A model generated the notes under the pieces. The model saw nothing but the letters and a program-made list of their open reading frames with translations. It ran no database searches and was not told where the DNA came from. Below are positions 1 through 8,994 of a DNA stretch of 64,000 nt, piece by piece. Source of the stretch: a virus (Duplodnaviria; Caudoviricetes); the IMG/VR virus record IMGVR_UViG_3300042507_004106, one strand, 5' to 3'. The position numbers and the translations under genes were made by a program. Positions within the stretch are counted from its first letter, which is position 1, and each line of letters opens with the position of its first letter.

Positions 1-678
1 GGTGGCGAACACATTGAAACCAGCGGAGGGTTTCACGAACCGACCGATTTTCTTCAGGAAGACACCCTTACCTTCCAGAACAGATTGCAGGCACAGAATC
101 TTGTTGGAAGCAAGGTCAATCTCATCCAGCAAGAGGATTGCACCACGCTCCAGTGCCTCAATCACAGGACCATTGTGCCAAACAGTCTCACCATTCACAA
201 GACGGAAACCACCGATAAGGTCGTCTTCATCGGTCTCAATCGTGATGTTGACGCGAATCAGTTCACGCTTAAGTTGGGCACACGCTTGCTCCACCGAGAA
301 CGTTTTACCGTTACCCGAAAGACCCGTAATGAACGTAGGATAAAAGAGACGGGACTGAACAATTTTTTTGATATCGTTAAAATTACCAAACTTGACGAAG
401 GTATCATCTTTATCAGGAATAAGGTTTTGTTCCACAGCGGGGAGAGCAGCGGGGGCTTGATAAGAACGCTCAATCTCTTCAACACGTTCTTGAGTCACTT
501 CCAGATTCCAACGCCCACGAGAAGTCTTGAAAGGTTCCAGGCGACGGGTCACGGTCTGGTAGTTGAGACTACGAGAAGCACAGAAACCCTTCAGGTCACC
601 AGAAGTAATTTCAGAACCGTACAGTTCTTTGATGGATTCAATCAGTTGGGCGTCGTTCACAGAAGATTTGCGAGGCAT
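1..678 (-). CDS. cobS: CobS-like / MoxR-family AAA+ ATPase (3' end runs off the window)
   Basis: Manual translation from ATG at 678: MPRKSSVNDAQLIESIKELYG...FITGLSGNGKTFSVEQACAQL...GAILLLDEIDLASNKILCLQ; Walker A GLSGNGKT and Walker B LLLDE. Not in the ORF track because it has no stop inside the window. Confidence 0.9.
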   Translation of the reverse strand, partial: MPRKSSVNDAQLIESIKELYGSEITSGDLKGFCASRSLNYQTVTRRLEPFKTSRGRWNLEVTQERVEEIERSYQAPAALPAVEQNLIPDKDDTFVKFGNFNDIKKIVQSRLFYPTFITGLSGNGKTFSVEQACAQLKRELIRVNITIETDEDDLIGGFRLVNGETVWHNGPVIEALERGAILLLDEIDLASNKILCLQSVLEGKGVFLKKIGRFVKPSAGFNVFAT

Positions 679-710
679 GGTGTAGTTGGGTCGTTTGTTT
701 CAACAGACTT

Positions 711-770
711 ATTATACACACAAAAAAGGGGCAACCGAGTGCCCCTTGTGACGGTTTGGAAAGTGGTTGC
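711..770 (-). promoter_or_regulatory. Early-type promoter for cobS with upstream 24-bp motif
   Basis: -10 TATAAT at 711-716; motif GCAACCA-CTTTCCAAAC-CGTCACA at 747-770, 30 nt upstream of the -10 box. Confidence 0.7.
722..747 (-). terminator. Intrinsic terminator hairpin overlapping the promoter
   Basis: Minus strand AAGGGGCA-CTCGGT-TGCCCCTT followed by a T-run. Confidence 0.75.
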
Positions 771-941
771 TCAGAGATCAACCTTTTTAGGGGCTTCAGC
801 AACTGCTGGTGTTGGTGCTGGAGCAACTACTGGAGCTGGAGCAACCACTGGAGCTGGGGCAACGACTTGTTCAACTTTTGGAGTTTCTACAACAACTGGA
901 GCTGCTGGTTTTGGTTGGAATAAATCGGTAAATCTACTCAT
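771..941 (-). CDS. 56-aa Pro/Ala/Val-rich hypothetical peptide
   Basis: Manual translation MSRFTDLFQPKPAAPVVVETPKVEQVVAPAPVVAPAPVVAPAPTPAVAEAPKKVDL; fills the gap between cobT-like and cobS. Confidence 0.7.
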   Translation of the reverse strand: MSRFTDLFQPKPAAPVVVETPKVEQVVAPAPVVAPAPVVAPAPTPAVAEAPKKVDL

Positions 942-971
942 CGTCGGTAATAGAATTCGGCAAAGTATTTA

Positions 972-3122
972 TCAGGCGACCAATTCCACAAACTCACCCA
1001 GAATTTTCTTGTTCATCTTTTTAGTTTTGAGACTCTTCACAAAAGCAGATTTGATTTGTGCCTTTGTTGCATCCTCCGCAACGGCAAACTCAGAATCTTG
1101 AGAAAGAGTGCTCGCAGACAGACCGAAATAGGAATGATACCCAGAGTTCTTGAGGGTAAATGCCTTCTCTTTTTTCCAAGCATTCATCACCTTATCATAC
1201 TCCGAACCATAATATCCACAATAACGGCGAATAAAATGACCAGCATCACGGGACTCAAGAACACGAATACCGATAAAGTTAATATCAGTAAACTTGTCCC
1301 GCAGATTGTGAAGAAGAACCTCAGTGAATTCTTGCTTCTCAGAATCACAAGAATAAGTCATTCCAGTCTTACGGTCACGAAGGAAGGCATTGAAACCAAT
1401 GTGAGCAGTGCCCATAAAAGGGTCATCCTCCCAGCGGCGTTGAACCTCACGATGATATTTCACAAGGCAACCCTCCCCGTCAGTCAGAACCACACACTGA
1501 ACTTTCTGAAGTTTGTTCTCCTTCTGGAACTTAGGGAGAATCTGATGAAGAGAAATCAGTGCCTCATTCAAAGGAGTGCCTGAAAGATTCATTCCCAGAG
1601 GGGCAGAATAGTAGCAGTGAGAGTTATAGCAGAAAGATTTAGCAAGACGGAAGATGTTCTTCATCTGTTCTTCCAGAGTGTTTGCATTCACTTTGCTGGT
1701 GAGAAGGTTCATCATAGAGAACCATTCACCAACCTGAACAAGACCATCCCTCTTCTTATAGGCAAGTTCACGAATGTTTGCCTTACCATCCTCGTCATAC
1801 CTCACCAGAGGATAATCGCTGGTGAAGGCATAAACCTCAAACGGAATCGCAACTTTCTTACAGAACCAAATCAGGTTGAAGAGTTGCTTGACTGTATCCA
1901 GCATCACATTGGACATAGAACCAGACCAGTCCAGAACGAACACCAGACCGTGATTCTTGCCGTCAGCGAGAGTTGTAACCTTGCGGAAGATATCTTCATT
2001 GTACTTGTAGGTATGCAGTTTGGAGCAGTCCAAAACACCAGTACGGGCAGTTGATGCACGGGCATAGGAGTCTGCTGCCTTGCGGCACTCAAACTCTTTC
2101 ACCAGATAGTTGACTTCCTTCTGAGCAGAACGCTTGAATTCCACATACTGCTTATCAACTTCACCAAAGATATTTTCATATGTCCATTCGCGTTCTTCAA
2201 GAAAATTACTCCAATATTCTTTACACTTGGAATGAATCTCCGAATTAGGAACAATCACCTTATCCAAGTCAAGTTGAGGCAGTTCAAGGTAAACATTCTC
2301 AGAAGAATCATTACCCACAAGTTCTTTCAGTGCCTCTTCCAGAGAGTCCATCGTCTTGACTTCAGGTTCTTCATTCTTCTCACCACCTTCATTTGTGGGT
2401 TGCTGTTGCTGCTGAGAATTCTCATCAGAAGTAGCAGCACCATCAGAACCTTCAGATTCAGGTTGCTCACTTTCACCTTGCTCCTGGTCAGTAAAATCAG
2501 AAGCGGGTTGATTATCAGCACCACCCTGCTGCGACTCAAGATTGTCCAGAGAAGTCTTTGTTTCTTCCTGTTGCTTCTGCTTACAATACTTATAGAGTGC
2601 CTCTGCAGCAATCAGAACATCGGCAAAGGTCTCAGTATCGGCAATCAGATTGATGATTTCAGTCTCTTCACCACGCTCAACAGGAATATCTACATAGTTA
2701 CCAATCTTGAACCACAGGTTTGCACGGTCAGCAAGATTATAAGTTTCCAGATTATCATCTTTGATTTGAAAGAAGTCATCATCGGCAAGTTCCTTGTAAC
2801 CGTTATAGAAAGTCTTGGCGAGACCAGCATAACGACGCTTCATCAGTTTCTCAATACGAGCATCCTCCACCACATTCACAAACTGTGGCGGAATCTTGTG
2901 CTCCTTCAACCAATCCTCATCAGGCGTATAGAGAGCGTGACCCACCTCGTGACCCACCAGAAGGTCATAGACGGTGTTGCTTGCCTTCTCCCACATCGGC
3001 AGAGTCAGCACACGGGTGTGAACATTGAAGCAAGCAGTCTCCACTTTCTTGTGCTCAACCACAAGATCTTCGGTAGCAAGAAGTTTGGCGAGTTGAGACT
3101 TGATTTCGTGGCGGACGGTCAT
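972..3122 (-). CDS. CobT-like protein: N-terminal HExxH metallopeptidase-like region, acidic linker, VWA domain
   Basis: Probable start MTVRHEIKSQLAKLLATE (ATG 3122); GHEVGHAL (HExxH); VWA MIDAS motif VLDWSGSM and later VLTDGE; adjacent to cobS as in T4-like cyanophages. Confidence 0.85.
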   Translation of the reverse strand: MTVRHEIKSQLAKLLATEDLVVEHKKVETACFNVHTRVLTLPMWEKASNTVYDLLVGHEVGHALYTPDEDWLKEHKIPPQFVNVVEDARIEKLMKRRYAGLAKTFYNGYKELADDDFFQIKDDNLETYNLADRANLWFKIGNYVDIPVERGEETEIINLIADTETFADVLIAAEALYKYCKQKQQEETKTSLDNLESQQGGADNQPASDFTDQEQGESEQPESEGSDGAATSDENSQQQQQPTNEGGEKNEEPEVKTMDSLEEALKELVGNDSSENVYLELPQLDLDKVIVPNSEIHSKCKEYWSNFLEEREWTYENIFGEVDKQYVEFKRSAQKEVNYLVKEFECRKAADSYARASTARTGVLDCSKLHTYKYNEDIFRKVTTLADGKNHGLVFVLDWSGSMSNVMLDTVKQLFNLIWFCKKVAIPFEVYAFTSDYPLVRYDEDGKANIRELAYKKRDGLVQVGEWFSMMNLLTSKVNANTLEEQMKNIFRLAKSFCYNSHCYYSAPLGMNLSGTPLNEALISLHQILPKFQKENKLQKVQCVVLTDGEGCLVKYHREVQRRWEDDPFMGTAHIGFNAFLRDRKTGMTYSCDSEKQEFTEVLLHNLRDKFTDINFIGIRVLESRDAGHFIRRYCGYYGSEYDKVMNAWKKEKAFTLKNSGYHSYFGLSASTLSQDSEFAVAEDATKAQIKSAFVKSLKTKKMNKKILGEFVELVA

Positions 3123-3143
3123 AGATTTGTTGCGTATGAAGTC

Positions 3144-3201
3144 ATTATACAAAAAAAGAGGGTGGTGAGACCCTCTAATGGACAGTTTGGAAAGTGGTTT
3201 C
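3144..3201 (-). promoter_or_regulatory. Early-type promoter for cobT-like gene, with hairpin/terminator and upstream motif
   Basis: TATAAT at 3144-3149; hairpin AGAGGGTCTCACCACCCTCT-T7 at 3151-3176; shares GTTTGGAAAGTGGTT with the element at 754-768. Confidence 0.7.
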
Positions 3202-4103
3202 TAGTCGTGCTCACCCATTGCCTTTTGTTTACGGAGTTTCTTAGCACTCTTAGTTACACCACCAGGACCCTCTGAAGGATAATCGTGGTCTTGACGAGTA
3301 CTTACACCATGAGCAGCACCTGCTCTTGCTCTCTCCCTATCATCAGAAGTCATTCCTTTTCTTGGGGAATCATCTGGAGTTCTATTAGCAGGATTAGTTC
3401 TTCTTAACATTTTCTTGAGGAAAGGCTTTCTCTTTGCAGTCATTCTAGTTTGTCTTGCTGCACCATATGCCTTTGGAGTAGCACCGTAGGAACCTTCTTC
3501 TTCATCTAGAACTTCTTCAACAATACTCTGCTTCCACTCTTCACTCATATTCGCCATAATAGCAAGAGCTGCCTTATTGGTGTCTGCGTAACCTTCGGCA
3601 ACTAGGTGCTCAAGGATGTAGTCAAAAAGGTCGGTTTCTTCTGCACGAAGTTTTGCTAATACTGCACCAGCAACTTTCTTACCACGCTCTTCGGAACCAT
3701 AACGCTTACCTGCTTCTTTAGCAATCTTTGCAAATGCTTTACCAGGCTTACCAATATCTTCGCCTGCCCTTGCTGCTTTTGCAGAGTATGTTGCTTCATC
3801 AAGTTCTCCAAGTGCTTTTGCTTTACGAACTTTATTTGGTCTTAACGCACCACCGTGTCCAGTTTCCCCATAAGCAGCATCTCTTCTTGCCGCTCTTTCT
3901 GGTGCTTTTTCTGGATTGTGAATACCTGCTCTGCGAGTAGGTGAAGTCTTTTCTGCTTCACGCTTATCTTTTTGCTTTTGACGACTTCTTTGTTGCTTGA
4001 AGTCTTTCATCGTCATACCTTCATCAAGTTGCTCTACTTCCTGTGAAGTATAAACAGAATTAAAGGCTTCTAGCAACCCAGCGTATTCTTTTTGAATATC
4101 CAT
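3201..4103 (-). CDS. Hypothetical modular protein, probable internal head protein
   Basis: 300-aa ORF under a late promoter; basic modules separated by LDE/EE motifs resembling gp21 cleavage sites. Confidence 0.7.
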   Translation of the reverse strand: MDIQKEYAGLLEAFNSVYTSQEVEQLDEGMTMKDFKQQRSRQKQKDKREAEKTSPTRRAGIHNPEKAPERAARRDAAYGETGHGGALRPNKVRKAKALGELDEATYSAKAARAGEDIGKPGKAFAKIAKEAGKRYGSEERGKKVAGAVLAKLRAEETDLFDYILEHLVAEGYADTNKAALAIMANMSEEWKQSIVEEVLDEEEGSYGATPKAYGAARQTRMTAKRKPFLKKMLRRTNPANRTPDDSPRKGMTSDDRERARAGAAHGVSTRQDHDYPSEGPGGVTKSAKKLRKQKAMGEHD

Positions 4104-4123
4104 TTTTATAAAGACTTTTTAGA

Positions 4124-4131
4124 TATTTATA
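4124..4131 (-). promoter_or_regulatory. T4-type late promoter TATAAATA
   Basis: Exact TATAAATA on minus strand just upstream of the 4103 ATG and directly after a terminator hairpin (about 4131-4162). Confidence 0.75.
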
Positions 4132-4261
4132 AAAAAGAAGCGTCCCGTGAGAGACGCTTCTTGAGTGCTTGGCGACGTGCCTTTGCTTGTCGGAGTGCTT
4201 GCGGTTTGAGTTTCCGCTTCTGCTCCTTTTTACTGTGATGCTGCCAGTTTGGAGTGTTCAT
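4127..4261 (-). CDS. 44-aa basic hypothetical peptide
   Basis: Manual translation MNTPNWQHHSKKEQKRKLKPQALRQAKARRQALKKRLSRDASFL; ATG overlaps the stop of the upstream GIY-YIG gene. Confidence 0.6.
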   Translation of the reverse strand: MNTPNWQHHSKKEQKRKLKPQALRQAKARRQALKKRLSRDASFL

Positions 4262-4917
4262 TGGTCTTGTGTTGATGTGGATAGATTACTATCTGCATTT
4301 ACGGAAGTCAAGGAGTCCAGTTGAGAAAGTGTCCTATTCTTATATCTGTTTAGTGCTGCCTGCCTTATTTTTTCTTTTGCTTCTGGTGAGTGGGTTTTAC
4401 CTTTCATAGGATTATTCTCACACATTTTTAAACTCATATTTTTTTTAAACTCATCACTTTGAGTTTTACCATACATTCCATTTTTTTCTCCAGAATTTTT
4501 TCTTCTGGGATCACCTTTCATTTTTTCAATAGTTTCTTGGGAATGTTTTTTTCCCAACATAGGTGGCGTCTTTTCTTTTAATTTTTCTATTGTTTCTGGG
4601 GAGTGTTTCCAACCAGAATTTATAGTCATTCCTCCACCACCAAGAGAAACATTTAATAAATTAGAATTTTCAGAAATATATTTTATTTCTAAGTTTTCAA
4701 TATAAGAAGCATCTTCACTTTGTTCCAAAATAGATAGTTCAAAATTTTCAATCCCGTATTTTCTAATAGAATTATAAAATTTGGGACAGTCATTTTTCTT
4801 TTTTTCAGTTTTATATGCATACTGATGTTTTTTCCACCTTTCTTCTGGTTTAAGAGAAGTTATACCGATGTATTTTTGCCCTGTAATTTTATTCTCAATG
4901 CAATAAAGACTATACAC
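4258..4917 (-). CDS. Free-standing GIY-YIG (Seg-like) homing endonuclease with NUMOD3 repeats
   Basis: SLYCIENKITGQKYIGIT (GIY-YIG); repeats GWKHSPETIEKL, GKKHSQETIEKM, GKTQSDEFKKNM, GKTHSPEAKEKI. Confidence 0.9.
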   Translation of the reverse strand: MYSLYCIENKITGQKYIGITSLKPEERWKKHQYAYKTEKKKNDCPKFYNSIRKYGIENFELSILEQSEDASYIENLEIKYISENSNLLNVSLGGGGMTINSGWKHSPETIEKLKEKTPPMLGKKHSQETIEKMKGDPRRKNSGEKNGMYGKTQSDEFKKNMSLKMCENNPMKGKTHSPEAKEKIRQAALNRYKNRTLSQLDSLTSVNADSNLSTSTQDQ

Positions 4918-4957
4918 TGAACTAAATGAGAACTGAACTATAATTATTTATAAAATA

Positions 4958-6673
4958 CTAAAGTTCAGTTTTATATGAAAACCCACTTTTCTTCTCAAAT
5001 TTAATAGTGGAATCAAACTTATCTTGAAGATCTGTTTTATGAGAAATTACAAAAACATTAGTATCTTTAACTACATATCTAATAATTTTTAAAAATTCAT
5101 CGGCACCAAAACCATCAAGAGAAGAGTCAAAAACTTCATCAAATAAAAGAATATTACAATTTACGGAGTTTTTGACTCTTGCAACTTCACGCCAAGCAAA
5201 CAGCAAACTCAAATCAATTCTTGCCTTTTCACCTTCAGAAAATGAAGAGTATGAGAAATCTTCGTGAATAGGAGACTTAACACTTTCATTAAATTCTGAA
5301 TCCAATTCAAAATTAATGTAAAAATCCATCATCTGAAGATAACGATTCACCTGCTGATTTATGAAAGGAAGATACTTCTTGATGATCTTTGTCTTTACGC
5401 CATCATCCTTGAGTAAGGAATAGGCAAAATCGTAATAAACGATTTCTTCTTTTTTCTTTGAAAGGTCTTCAAATGTTTTTTGGAGATTTTCTTTGAATTC
5501 TTCTAACTTCTCATGCTCAGTATTTCGGTTTTCAAGTTGATTGGTAATAGTTTGAATTTCATTTTCAAGATCTCGGATTTGTCTCTGGTTGAGGGAAATC
5601 CTAGTATTGTTTTGAGAAATCTCATGATTGAGTTTCGTAATCTCCTTAGATAGAGCAGTGAATTGACGCTCTCGTTCCTGTTCTAACTTTATAGTCTCCT
5701 CAAGTTCTTGAAAACCTTTCTGGAGTTCCTTTGCTTTATTTTGAGCGTCTGCAATTCTATCTAGGCGAAATCTTTCATCAATATCCTGAGTGCAGGTAGG
5801 GCAGACCGTATTTTCTGTAAAAAACTTATGCTCTTTAGTAATAACAGATACTTTCTGGGAAATTTTACCTTTGAGATTGTTTAGTTTTACTAACTTATCA
5901 TCAGCACCAATAAGTTCTTCCTGTTCTGCAGTATACTTAAAAATATCTTCCTCAATACCAGAGTTATCCTTCATATAAACGCCAATTTCTTTGTCTAGAT
6001 TGGTAATCTTTTCCTTATTGGAGTTTATATTGGCGTTACCACGATTCTCCAACTCTTCGATGAAGTTTTGCTGCATCTTCATCTTGTCTTTCAAATTTTC
6101 TTTACGCAACTCAAGAGATTTAACTTGATCTTTCTGTGTGCGAATTCTATCCTTGATGAGATTATTCATCGCAGAGAAGATGCGAATATCCAAAAGATCT
6201 TCAATCACTTCACGACGATGTGCCGTTGGAAGTTGCATAAACGGTACAAAGGTACTGCTACCCAGAATCACAATCTGAGTAAAAGACTTGTAGTTTACCT
6301 TGAGAATATTCTCTTCCAGAATTCTCTGATTCGCACGGTCATCTGCTTCCTTATGCAGAGATTGACCATTTACTTCAATATCAAAAACATTTGGTTTGAT
6401 ACCGCGACGAACAAGATAATCACGATTATTCGCAGAAAACTCAATTTCAACCAGACAATCCTTTTCGTTAGTTGTGTTGACTAGTTGAGGTTTATTAATT
6501 TTTCTAAATGGTTTATTGAAAAGAACAAAAGTAAGTGCATCCAGGATTGTAGATTTACCTGCACCATTTGTTCCAATAATCAAATTGGTATTGTTTTTTT
6601 CAAAATCAACTTCAGTCCACTGATTTCCCGTGGAGAGAAAGTTTTTCCATTTAATCTTGTGAAATACTAACAT
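4958..6673 (-). CDS. gp46: gp46 recombination nuclease ATPase subunit (Rad50/SbcC-like)
   Basis: Walker A GTNGAGKST, coiled coil with CPTC zinc hook, signature FSEGE, Walker B LLFDE, H-loop ISH. Confidence 0.97.
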   Translation of the reverse strand: MLVFHKIKWKNFLSTGNQWTEVDFEKNNTNLIIGTNGAGKSTILDALTFVLFNKPFRKINKPQLVNTTNEKDCLVEIEFSANNRDYLVRRGIKPNVFDIEVNGQSLHKEADDRANQRILEENILKVNYKSFTQIVILGSSTFVPFMQLPTAHRREVIEDLLDIRIFSAMNNLIKDRIRTQKDQVKSLELRKENLKDKMKMQQNFIEELENRGNANINSNKEKITNLDKEIGVYMKDNSGIEEDIFKYTAEQEELIGADDKLVKLNNLKGKISQKVSVITKEHKFFTENTVCPTCTQDIDERFRLDRIADAQNKAKELQKGFQELEETIKLEQERERQFTALSKEITKLNHEISQNNTRISLNQRQIRDLENEIQTITNQLENRNTEHEKLEEFKENLQKTFEDLSKKKEEIVYYDFAYSLLKDDGVKTKIIKKYLPFINQQVNRYLQMMDFYINFELDSEFNESVKSPIHEDFSYSSFSEGEKARIDLSLLFAWREVARVKNSVNCNILLFDEVFDSSLDGFGADEFLKIIRYVVKDTNVFVISHKTDLQDKFDSTIKFEKKSGFSYKTEL

Positions 6674-6926
6674 TTTTAGGAGGAATTACGATATCGTCAG
6701 GAGTGATCACAGCATACTTGTAATTATACAGTTTACAAGTCTTTATTGCAAGGTCGTCGTCAACTTCAACGACATCCATTTCTTGATCTTCTTGGTCTTC
6801 AAGCATCAATGCATAACGAGTAGCATCGTCTTCTTCTTCAAAGAGAAATAAGACTTTATGCCCATATTGATCTTGAACGGCATAGGCACCATCGTCCTTT
6901 CTATCTTTGAGAGTGAGAAGAAACAT
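6651..6926 (-). CDS. Hypothetical protein between gp47 and gp46
   Basis: 91-aa ORF abutting gp47 and overlapping the gp46 start. Confidence 0.75.
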   Translation of the reverse strand: MFLLTLKDRKDDGAYAVQDQYGHKVLFLFEEEDDATRYALMLEDQEDQEMDVVEVDDDLAIKTCKLYNYKYAVITPDDIVIPPKNVSISQD

Positions 6927-7961
6927 TTATTCTACCTCGCAAGCTTGTCGATAAAGATCTTGAAAAATACCTTTGATAACATTCTTATCAAATTCAAATT
7001 CTGCTTCGTCAATATAGCGATTTAGAATAGACATTGTATTTTCTTCTTCATCAATCTCAAAATCTTCGTTCTCTTGAATTTCAAAATTTTCTACGATTTT
7101 GAGATCTTGGATTCCCGCAGTGTAAAGTTTATCAATAAACTTCTCAAAATCTTTTGGTTTGGATTTTTTGCGGACAATCACCTTTACAATTTTGTTTTCA
7201 TATTCAGTTGTATCAAATATTTGATACGGAGTATCCTCATAATAAATGTTATAGAATAATTTATAAGGATTGTTGATTGGAGTATGCTCTAGAGTTTCGG
7301 TATCAAAAATATGAAATCCCCGAGTATCGTTTACATCCGTCCAATACATTTCATAAGGATTGCCTAGATAGAAGACTTTTCCATTGTTTGATCGAGTGTG
7401 ATAGTGTCCCGAGTAGACCCGTTCGAACTTCTCAAATAGTTTGCTTTCCAAACCATGCTCCATGATGAGTTGTCGATTAACTCTAAATCCTTGGAGCTCC
7501 AAGTGCCCCAACGACACCCGGCAAGTAGTCTTTTCAATAGTTTTGAGAGTTTTTGTTTCATTTTCTTGATTAATCCACGGTAAAAATAAAATGTCTAGTC
7601 CACCAATATTAACTTCTGCCGCGTCACTATAAGTCCTTATATTAGAGTAAGTCTGAAGAAGAAGTTCTGGAGAGTTTACACTATTGGTATTCTTATAGTA
7701 AGTATCATGATTACCAATAATCATATGAACTTCATATTTTTTAAGGGGGTCAAACACAACCCTCTTTGCCCATTCAAGACTTTGATAGTCAATTGATTTG
7801 CGACTATCAAAGGCATCTCCCATATGAATGACTGCCTCTACTCCATGCTCTTCAAGGGCGGGGAAAAATACATTCTTGTAAAAAGTTTCAAAATAATCAT
7901 GAAGATGTTTAGATCCTTTTTTCGCACCGTAATGGGTATCGGTGATGATTGCTACCTTCAT
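6927..7961 (-). CDS. gp47: gp47 recombination nuclease subunit (Mre11/SbcD-like)
   Basis: Phosphoesterase motifs DTHYG, GDAFD, GNHD, GHYH. Confidence 0.97.
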   Translation of the reverse strand: MKVAIITDTHYGAKKGSKHLHDYFETFYKNVFFPALEEHGVEAVIHMGDAFDSRKSIDYQSLEWAKRVVFDPLKKYEVHMIIGNHDTYYKNTNSVNSPELLLQTYSNIRTYSDAAEVNIGGLDILFLPWINQENETKTLKTIEKTTCRVSLGHLELQGFRVNRQLIMEHGLESKLFEKFERVYSGHYHTRSNNGKVFYLGNPYEMYWTDVNDTRGFHIFDTETLEHTPINNPYKLFYNIYYEDTPYQIFDTTEYENKIVKVIVRKKSKPKDFEKFIDKLYTAGIQDLKIVENFEIQENEDFEIDEEENTMSILNRYIDEAEFEFDKNVIKGIFQDLYRQACEVE

Positions 7962-8473
7962 TTATTGCGGTATTGAATGGCGTCTTTGATGCTATTATAC
8001 TCCGAACTGTGCCCAGAAAGCAAGCTGTCGTCAACCATCATAACCTCATCAAACCCAGTTCGTTCGATGATCTTGGTCTTAATATCCAGTTGCTTCTTTT
8101 CCTTTTGAATTCTCCTCAGGAATGCGTAGTGAATAATCTGAGTGAAATAAGCGAAAGGATTCTTAGACTTTTCTGGATCAAAGTTATGAATGTACTGGAC
8201 ACAGTTTTCAATTCCATCAGAAATCATATCCTCACGGAACATATAATTCACAAAGTTTGGTTTATATGAAAGGTGAGTGGCGATCTTGAGAAAACATTCG
8301 CCAAGATAATTCGGAATCGGTGGTTTACCTTCCCAATGCTTACCCCTATCTTCCTTAGTGGGGTTTCTATTGAATTTCTCATTGAATGACTTTTCAACTT
8401 TAGAGCGATAAACGACCATCGCTTCTAAAAGTTCTTTGTTATTCACATAATGTTCAGTTTTCTTCTTAGGCAT
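7958..8473 (-). CDS. gp55: gp55 late-transcription sigma factor
   Basis: YLGECFLKIA...REDMISDGIENC...NPFAYFTQIIHYAFLRRIQKEKKQ. Confidence 0.96.
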   Translation of the reverse strand: MPKKKTEHYVNNKELLEAMVVYRSKVEKSFNEKFNRNPTKEDRGKHWEGKPPIPNYLGECFLKIATHLSYKPNFVNYMFREDMISDGIENCVQYIHNFDPEKSKNPFAYFTQIIHYAFLRRIQKEKKQLDIKTKIIERTGFDEVMMVDDSLLSGHSSEYNSIKDAIQYRNK

Positions 8474-8505
8474 AGCATTGGATTTATATCATATAGGTTA
8501 TGCTT

Positions 8506-8556
8506 ATTATACCACAACTATGGGGGCTTGACAAGTGGTGAAAATGTGTGTAGACT
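8506..8556. promoter_or_regulatory. Back-to-back sigma70 promoters upstream of gp55
   Basis: Minus: TTGTCA(8534-8529)-N17-TATAAT(8511-8506). Plus: TTGACA(8528-8533)-N17-TAGACT(8551-8556). Confidence 0.65.
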
Positions 8557-8583
8557 ACCTTTGTCCCGGTTGAAGATCAGATT

Positions 8584-8994
8584 CTAGCTTTCTTTAAGAC
8601 CCTTAAAGATTCTCTCAAGTTTCTTGCGAGCATCTTCGACTGAAGAGACATATCCCATCTTAGAAGAGGGTTTTACCTTTCCTGTTGGACTATAAACATC
8701 TACAGTATCGTTATCTTCAATGTAGTTGTTGTAAATATCAAGAATTCTTTTATCTTTAGTTTCAGTCATAGTGATAATCTTATCAAGTTTTACAATAAAG
8801 AAATCATCATCAGACATTTCCATCCATGGTTTAACTTTAAGATAAGTTCCTTGTTGACTATTATTGTATATCTTCATTGTAACTGGATTCTGAAGCACTA
8901 AAACTGGATCTCCATCGTTTTCATCTATAAAGACTAACGATAGAATTTCTTCACCTGATACCAGTTTTATAATTGCGTAAAACTCTTCTCCCAT
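8584..8994 (-). CDS. Conserved hypothetical protein (possible Sm-like fold)
   Basis: 136-aa ORF coupled to uvsW; N-terminal IIKLVSGEEIL beta-rich pattern; usual uvsW-gp55 neighbour. Confidence 0.75.
   Translation of the reverse strand: MGEEFYAIIKLVSGEEILSLVFIDENDGDPVLVLQNPVTMKIYNNSQQGTYLKVKPWMEMSDDDFFIVKLDKIITMTETKDKRILDIYNNYIEDNDTVDVYSPTGKVKPSSKMGYVSSVEDARKKLERIFKGLKES

Noticed and set aside
85-3275. Long plus-strand ORFs (85-1101, 1056-1583, 1617-2054, 2232-3275)
   Set aside because: Antisense shadows of cobS and the cobT-like gene; no recognisable motifs or expression signals
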